Assembly (NCBI GenBank): GCA_965369865.1
Contig: CBDURU010000074.1
Span: 1 to 18,130 of the forward strand
DNA: 18,130 nt
From: an uncultured bacterium
GTDB lineage: Bacteria > JAJVIF01 > JAPKYR01
Direction of reading: 5' to 3'
Shown here: positions 13,013 to 18,130 of the stretch, one piece after another
How the letters are laid out: every line of letters starts with the position of its first letter
How positions within the stretch are numbered: position 1 is the stretch's first letter
Notes under the pieces: generated by a model
Seen by the model: the letters and a program-made list of their open reading frames with translations, nothing else
Told to the model about the DNA's origin: nothing
Databases searched by the model: none
Position numbers and translations under genes: made by a program

Positions 13013-15495
13013 TCGAGTACCGGGGGTGGTATGTTGAAAAAGCACTCCGCGGGTGATGGGTCCCTGTTGAAGGCCAAGTCGACCGCACGTACCTCAACCG
13101 CCCAGTCGCCATGGATAAGGCTGGGGATGATTATTTCCGGGCCGGTGTCGGGGGCGTGCCAGGGGTCAAACCCGCCTCCGTTGAGAGCTTTCCGCCACTC
13201 ATAGGTAAGATCCTCTGGCGATGTGCAATCGTTTGGATCAATGCCCGAAACGCCGAGGATGATATAACCTGTGCCCGGCGGTTGGTCTTCGCAACCATAA
13301 TCGATAAAGGTATCAGGCGGATCCAAGTCCGGATCGCACGGGTCGAAAATGTTGAAAAAGCACTCTGCGGGTGATGGGTCCTTATTGTCTGCCTCATCCA
13401 CTGCGCGTACTTCGATAGCCCAGTCACCGGGGAAGAGCTCCGTGATCGTCAACTCCGGTCCGGGGCCAGGCTGCCATTCATCAAAATCACCGCCGTCGTA
13501 AGCCTTCCGCCATTCGTAGGTAAGATCCTCGGGCTTCGTGCAATCGTTCGGATCAATGCCCGATACGCCGAGGGTGATTTCAGTGGTATCCGCAGGCTGG
13601 TCTTCGCAACCGTAATCGATAAAAGTATCAGGTGGATCCAAGTCCGGATCGCACGGGTCGAAAATGCTGAAAAAGCACTCTGCGGGTGATGGGTCCTTAT
13701 TGTCTGCCTCATCCACGGTGCGTACTTCGATAGCCCAGTCACCGAGGGAGAGCTCCGTGATCGTCAACTCCGGTCCGGGGTCGGGATGCCATTCATCAAA
13801 ATCACCGCCGTCGATAGCCTTCCGCCATTCATAGGTAAGATCCTCGGGCTTCGTGCAATCGTTCGGATCAATGCCCGATACGCCGAGTGTAATTTCGGTT
13901 GTGTCCGGCGGTTGGTCTTCGCAACCGTAATCGATAAAAGTATCCGGCGGGTCCAGATCCGGGTCACACGGGCCAACAATACTGAAATCCTCATCGGATA
14001 TGTCGTATAACCCGGGAATGCCGGTTGATGAAATCCTCACGCGGACGGTGTCGGAAGGGTCAACCGGAATTTCCCAGGTGAAGCTGCCGTCGTTCATTTC
14101 ATTGATTCCGACAGGATTAATGTCGTCGACGAAATTGTCTTTGGAGTAATCGATGAAAACGGTACCGGAAACATTCATGGAGTCCCAGGTGATTTCCTCG
14201 TCAGTTCCAACCACCCATTCCTCGCCACCATTGGGGACCAGAACCTCAATCCACGCAGGAATCTCATCCAGGACCGTAAGGTCATAACGGAAGAACGCCG
14301 CCATTGGATCGTTTCCGGCTAAGTTGGGGACTCCGAAATCGTTTGTGTAGTCAAACCCTTCATACTCCGCGATCACCCAATATTCCTGCCCTTCGATACC
14401 GGTTACATTATCCGCGGGAATCTCGACTTGATATGTCGAGTAGTGGTCACCTCCGCCGGTAGCAATCGCAGCAGGATCAAAGCTCGCCACACCGGATAAT
14501 ACCGTCGATTCGATATATATCTTCGATGGCTGGTACTCCCACCCAAACAGGCTGATATCCAGATTCAGGTTCCCGCCATTCTCCGTGGGGTCAACATAGT
14601 AAACATAGCTGTTGTCGGCCACCTCACACGCGATCGCCTCAGGACAGTTAGCCGGATGATATTCCGGTTCGAGTCCCTCCCAGCTCACAATTACCGCGAC
14701 ACTGAATTGAAGCCCGGGCTCGGGTGTTGGAAACCTTATATAAAAATTTCGGGTATTAGTAACACTTTGCGAAAATACGCCGTTCTGATCCGCGTGTGTA
14801 TTCAACCAGGTCCACAGGTCTTCCTCCGGTTGAAGGCCGTCCGCGTAATACCGGTAAGGACACAATGTCGCTGTTCCCGCGAAATCCGGTGTTGTTATTT
14901 TCCCCGCCGTAAATGAAAATAGCGGGAAATCAGCCTCGGAGAATTCTGTGAAATTGAACCATCGCGTGTACCCGTCAGGACCACCTGCACCATCGATGGG
15001 ATCCGGCAGCATGTACTGGTCGACTCCCAATTCCGGGTATTTCAAACTTCCCTTCTCCAATGTGAGCGAACCGTCCCCCATGAAAATCCCCCGGAGATCG
15101 TACCCATTGAATCCCGGATATCCTGGAAATGGATGTGTAACGATGATATCGATATCGACGTCGATATATTCTGGTCCGAAGATGATATTAATTAGTTTGA
15201 AATTCAGGCCGGTTACCTGTTTACTCAGGATGTTCGTGAGATTAACCGTGAACATCGCATGCCGGTTCTGTACCAATTCCACAGTCCCGGTCCCGGCATC
15301 GATGTAAACATCCCAGTAGCCCAGAAGATTGGTCCGGGCTCCTGATCCAGCGCGATTTGATTCTGTCGTAAGTTCCGGCGTTTGCTCCTGATCGGCGGTT
15401 GGTGTTACCGGGCTTCCACCGCCGCTACTGGAGCAACCTATTGCAATAAAACCAGCTAAAATTAAAACCGATAATAGAGTTACCCATCTGTTCAT
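11620..15495 (-). CDS. Large multidomain surface lipoprotein (1291 aa): N-terminal uncharacterised domain, Ig-like domain, three Cys-containing FN3/Ig-like repeats, C-terminal SBBP-type beta-propeller
   Basis: GAGGAG SD before ATG. Lipobox AIG|C followed by SSSGGGSP. VPNGGEEW Ig-like motif. Three PCDPDLDPPDTFIDYGC repeats. About seven GNxYVxGxF...DFDPGPG...DxFLSKF...WARTWG repeats. Confidence 0.92.
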   Translation of the reverse strand: MNRWVTLLSVLILAGFIAIGCSSSGGGSPVTPTADQEQTPELTTESNRAGSGARTNLLGYWDVYIDAGTGTVELVQNRHAMFTVNLTNILSKQVTGLNFKLINIIFGPEYIDVDIDIIVTHPFPGYPGFNGYDLRGIFMGDGSLTLEKGSLKYPELGVDQYMLPDPIDGAGGPDGYTRWFNFTEFSEADFPLFSFTAGKITTPDFAGTATLCPYRYYADGLQPEEDLWTWLNTHADQNGVFSQSVTNTRNFYIRFPTPEPGLQFSVAVIVSWEGLEPEYHPANCPEAIACEVADNSYVYYVDPTENGGNLNLDISLFGWEYQPSKIYIESTVLSGVASFDPAAIATGGGDHYSTYQVEIPADNVTGIEGQEYWVIAEYEGFDYTNDFGVPNLAGNDPMAAFFRYDLTVLDEIPAWIEVLVPNGGEEWVVGTDEEITWDSMNVSGTVFIDYSKDNFVDDINPVGINEMNDGSFTWEIPVDPSDTVRVRISSTGIPGLYDISDEDFSIVGPCDPDLDPPDTFIDYGCEDQPPDTTEITLGVSGIDPNDCTKPEDLTYEWRKAIDGGDFDEWHPDPGPELTITELSLGDWAIEVRTVDEADNKDPSPAECFFSIFDPCDPDLDPPDTFIDYGCEDQPADTTEITLGVSGIDPNDCTKPEDLTYEWRKAYDGGDFDEWQPGPGPELTITELFPGDWAIEVRAVDEADNKDPSPAECFFNIFDPCDPDLDPPDTFIDYGCEDQPPGTGYIILGVSGIDPNDCTSPEDLTYEWRKALNGGGFDPWHAPDTGPEIIIPSLIHGDWAVEVRAVDLAFNRDPSPAECFFNIPPPVLEGWARTWGGYGEDRVQGLAVDSSGNAYVTGRFDEYTDFDPGPGEDWHFSDGMADAFLSKFDANGDFQWARTWGTWVYMRCPGVAADDYGNVYVVGSFYGIVDFDPGPGVEERESEDYDAFLCKYNSTGDFIWVRTWGHYINQDSYTRCKDVALDSYGNIYTVGTFTQKVDFDPGPEGDVHEAHSKSDRFLSKFNPDGDFQWARTWGEYQFGSIDGYSMAITVDSSDYIYVAGDFDHTVDFDPGPGIDEQEAVHKLDVFLSKFNTNGDYQWARTWGGTDWDRGNGVATDATGNVYVTGSFELTVDFDPGSGVDERTSNGENDIFLSKFDTDGLHQGVMTWGGNSSDTGRDTDLYVSEAIYVTGNFAGTVDFDPSQGTDEFPSYGSGDMFLSKFDSSDDYLWARHVGAPEASVNPYGLSVDSLGYIYIAGYFEGTIDFNPGPGEDYHTSNGGDDCFLMRLPPYGYW
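13030..13971 (-). repeat. Three ~315-bp tandem repeats (105-aa FN3/Ig-like domain with 4 Cys each)
   Basis: ATCCAAGTCCGGATCGCACGGG occurs at 13321 and 13636, with a variant at 13951 (period 315). Protein unit PCDPDLDPPDTFIDYGCED...DPSPAECFF. Confidence 0.93.
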
Positions 15496-15501
15496 GACCG
15501 T

Positions 15502-15507
15502 CTCCTC
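15502..15507 (-). promoter_or_regulatory. Shine-Dalgarno GAGGAG for the lipoprotein
   Basis: The minus strand reads TAAGAGGAGACGGTC-ATG. Confidence 0.75.
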
Positions 15508-15627
15508 TTACATACGTGCTTCCCTGTCTGGCCTTTCCTGAAAAGGGTAATGTAATACAAATACAACATACTAGGTATCTATAAATAACGCAAATGTGTA
15601 TTAATTCATCATGTAAATAAAGTGGTT

Positions 15628-15656
15628 AAAATAAAACCCCCGATTTGAACCGGGAG
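15628..15656 (-). terminator. Probable intrinsic terminator downstream of csaB
   Basis: Minus-strand stem-loop CTCCCGGT-TCAA-ATCGGGGG (two G-U pairs) followed by TTTTATTTT, 15 nt after the csaB stop. Confidence 0.65.
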
Positions 15657-15671
15657 GGATTTTTAATTATC

Positions 15672-16856
15672 CTAACCAGCTTCTTTTCTTTTCTGACGCT
15701 GGAGTTTCGCGAGTCCGATCTTTCTTAACTCCAGGGAATCGAGAAATTCACCAAGCGCGTTGAACCCTTCCCTCGTGCGCTGCCTGAGACGTGTAGTAGT
15801 CTCAGTGATCCTTGTTCGCATTTTTCCTTTCTGCTCGAGTGAGTCCGCGATCGCGTCAAATAACATTTCAGGCCCCACAAGCGGTACATGCACCGCCGGT
15901 CTCATCCCGAACTCACCGACAAATTCATCGATTTTCGGATCGTAACTCATGGCCACGAACGGGACACCCTGTGATGCGGCGAATATGAGCGAATGAAGGC
16001 GCATCCCGACAATGAGATCGAATTTCCCAGTCAGGCCGAGAACTTCACGCGGCGGATATTTTCCTTTCAGAATTGCGACAGAATCCTTGTCTTTAACCAT
16101 CCCCATGATCAGCCCGGCATACTCGACATCGTCGGGATGATGGAACGGCAGCAGCGCCACACCCCCTCCAATTTCAGAGTTAACGAGGTCGATCGCCCTT
16201 GCGATAGCTGTAATCTGATGGCGGTTCCTCTTTGAACCCCGTACACAAAACGCAACAAGGGGCTTCCCGACTAGATCGATATTTTCCTGTAAAAAAATAT
16301 CCTCGACCGTGTCCGAATCGGCCGGGTCGAGAAGGAGTGCGGTGTCGGCCATTAATTTTAACGGGGCATTGACCGGAAGCCTTTGCTGGCAGAAAGCGAA
16401 ACTCTTGAAATCACGGACACATACAAGGTCGCACTGGCTGAGGAATTCGCCGACAAACAAGGGGGAGAATTCACCTTCCAGCGGTCCGATCCCCTGCCCG
16501 AACGCCACCATACGCCGTCCGGAAATAAAACCAAGCAGCATAATTCCAAGGTAGTACATCAGGCTTCTCGTCGACGTCTTGTCCTGGAGCAGCCCTCCCC
16601 CACCCTGCAGGATTACCGGCGCCCCACCAAGCCGGGTAAGAATCTTCCATAGGTTTGTGCGGCTGATCGAGTCAACACCGTACGCTTCACTCGTAGCGCT
16701 GGGATCGGCCGACAGCACAACCGGATGGACATCGTCACGATTCTCAAACCACTGGAGAATGGATTCGAGTATCGCCTCATCGCCAAGGTTATCGAATCCG
16801 TAATACCCGGAGATGAGAACCGGGAGAGTGCTGAATGTTTCCTTTATCGGGGACAT
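15672..16856 (-). CDS. csaB: Polysaccharide pyruvyl transferase CsaB (start ATG 16856 preferred; in-frame GTG at 16880 possible)
   Basis: Family motifs ISGYYGFDNLGDEAIL, GGGGLLQDKTSTRSLMYY, GQGIGPL, VRDxxS, GMRLHSLIFAA and SYDPKI. Confidence 0.92.
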   Translation of the reverse strand: MSPIKETFSTLPVLISGYYGFDNLGDEAILESILQWFENRDDVHPVVLSADPSATSEAYGVDSISRTNLWKILTRLGGAPVILQGGGGLLQDKTSTRSLMYYLGIMLLGFISGRRMVAFGQGIGPLEGEFSPLFVGEFLSQCDLVCVRDFKSFAFCQQRLPVNAPLKLMADTALLLDPADSDTVEDIFLQENIDLVGKPLVAFCVRGSKRNRHQITAIARAIDLVNSEIGGGVALLPFHHPDDVEYAGLIMGMVKDKDSVAILKGKYPPREVLGLTGKFDLIVGMRLHSLIFAASQGVPFVAMSYDPKIDEFVGEFGMRPAVHVPLVGPEMLFDAIADSLEQKGKMRTRITETTTRLRQRTREGFNALGEFLDSLELRKIGLAKLQRQKRKEAG

Positions 16857-16862
16857 AAAATC

Positions 16863-16868
16863 AGTGTA
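16863..16868 (-). promoter_or_regulatory. Candidate -10 element (TACACT) positioned for a leaderless csaB transcript
   Basis: The minus strand reads TACACT-GATTTT-ATG(16856). No SD is visible before either candidate start. Confidence 0.35.
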
Positions 16869-16987
16869 AGAAGATACCACAAATGAGAGGTCGAAAAGAA
16901 ATATCTATGCCGGGTATTAACCATTTTTAGCCACCGCGGATTGATTTACAGGTTTCCCGATGATTATGATTAAAGTGAGAATTGAAA

Positions 16988-17122
16988 AAACCGTAGAACA
17001 GCACGGCAGTGCGTCGAATGGCAGTACGTCGAAAGGATTGTTTTAAGGTGGAAGACGCACTGCCGTGCGTCGAATGAATTGGTTTAAGGTGGAAGACGCA
17101 CTGCCGTGCTGTTCTACGGTTT
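16988..17122. repeat. REP/REPIN-like element: perfect 28-bp terminal inverted repeats with an internal palindrome and direct repeat
   Basis: AAACCGTAGAACAGCACGGCAGTGCGTC (16988-17015) and its exact reverse complement (17095-17122). Internal GACGCAC-TGCC-GTGCGTC at 17054-17071. A 27-bp direct repeat at 17042 and 17083. Confidence 0.85.
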
Positions 17123-17219
17123 GTCGTTTTTTCGATGGTAAAAAATGATTAAATTTTCCTATAATTGATGATGAAAACCTTGATTTCATGCGGGTTTCTC
17201 TACCATTCTGGTTGGCTTT

Positions 17220-18071
17220 CTATACCTTCTCAAGAATATAGACATTCTTTTTAACGGCAAGTTCGCGCAGACTGGGAACAAAAATCCACAGCCATACAAA
17301 GGCATTAATCACCGTTCTCGCTTTCCATTGTAATTTTAATCCCGGCTCTTCACGTAACAATCTTTCAAACCTCTGGATACTTAACCTGTTCAGCCCGTTA
17401 CGCCATAAATCCATTTTACTCTCAACAAGATCATCGAGAAGATCGGGATATTGGAGACCCAGGGCTTTTTTGCGTTCACTTCCGCTGAACATTCCAACCG
17501 CTTTTTCGATGTCGTCTTTCGACCAGAAAACATGCAACCATGGCGTTCGGAAAAAATCACCAAGATGATGGCCGTTATGGGAATAAAACTGCGCGAAGTC
17601 GATGCATAAAATCCCGCCTGGTTTTAATACACGCACCGACTCAGACAGCACTTTCGCAGGTTCGGGGAAATGATTAAATGCTTCGAGGCATAAGGCGATA
17701 TCGAAATAATGCTCTGGAAACGGGAGATCCGATACATCGGCAACCGCGAATTCAGCCCGGTAACGATCACCGGGGGGAATCAGGACCGATCTCGCAAGCT
17801 CGGCCTGCCGTATAAGTTTCGGCGCGTTATCAACACCGACAATCTTATTGGGCTTGTGGGTGGCAAAATAGCATGTTTTCCCGCCGGGACCGCATCCCAG
17901 ATCGATGACGTCTTTCGATTCAATATTAACCCGGTCGTAGAACCATCGTTCCCATACTTTTTTGCCTTCGGTAAATTCCCATCGCGCGAAATTGACCGGG
18001 TCATCGGGCGGAGGTTGAAAATGGAAATGTCCTTTATTCAGATGGATAAGCCATTTGTATGGAAGGCCCAT
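17220..18071 (-). CDS. Class I SAM-dependent methyltransferase (Methyltransf_11/UbiE-like fold; substrate unknown)
   Basis: Motif I VIDLGCGPGG, motif II VGVD, ADVSDLPF...FD and RVLKPGG. AAGGAG SD upstream of ATG 18071. Confidence 0.9.
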   Translation of the reverse strand: MGLPYKWLIHLNKGHFHFQPPPDDPVNFARWEFTEGKKVWERWFYDRVNIESKDVIDLGCGPGGKTCYFATHKPNKIVGVDNAPKLIRQAELARSVLIPPGDRYRAEFAVADVSDLPFPEHYFDIALCLEAFNHFPEPAKVLSESVRVLKPGGILCIDFAQFYSHNGHHLGDFFRTPWLHVFWSKDDIEKAVGMFSGSERKKALGLQYPDLLDDLVESKMDLWRNGLNRLSIQRFERLLREEPGLKLQWKARTVINAFVWLWIFVPSLRELAVKKNVYILEKV

Positions 18072-18130
18072 CTATGTAAGACTCCTTAGACCAAATTTAT
18101 AAATTAATTCTTTTTTTCGGATCATGGGGA

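Noticed and set aside
539..18089. Numerous short alternative-frame and antisense ORFs in the track (e.g. 5366-5806, 8263-8694, 13449-13742, 17709-18089)
   Set aside because: They are nested in or largely overlap long, motif-supported CDSs. Their repeats and low complexity mirror the real genes (shadow ORFs).

Overview
Bacterial cell-envelope region, probably from a diderm lineage; I cannot assign the taxon from sequence alone. It holds five credible CDSs. On the + strand there is a giant, very acidic secreted protein (2913 aa). It has a signal peptide, 13 tandem IPT/TIG-like Ig domains, an FN3-like middle region, and four Cys-bracketed acidic coiled-coil modules plus a terminal coil. It is followed directly by a predicted outer-membrane beta-barrel protein with an N-terminal Ig-like domain. 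On the - strand there are a class I SAM methyltransferase, a csaB polysaccharide pyruvyl transferase and a 1291-aa multidomain lipoprotein (three 315-bp repeats plus an SBBP-type beta-propeller). Non-coding features are a 103-bp tandem array carrying a REP-like hairpin (1-285), a REPIN-like 28-bp inverted repeat element (16988-17122), an orphan in-frame copy of the lipoprotein C-terminus (11485-11610), a terminator and promoter-like motifs. The best candidate for an undescribed system is the pair of the giant Ig/Cys-bracketed coiled-coil protein and the beta-barrel, possibly a surface export or display system.
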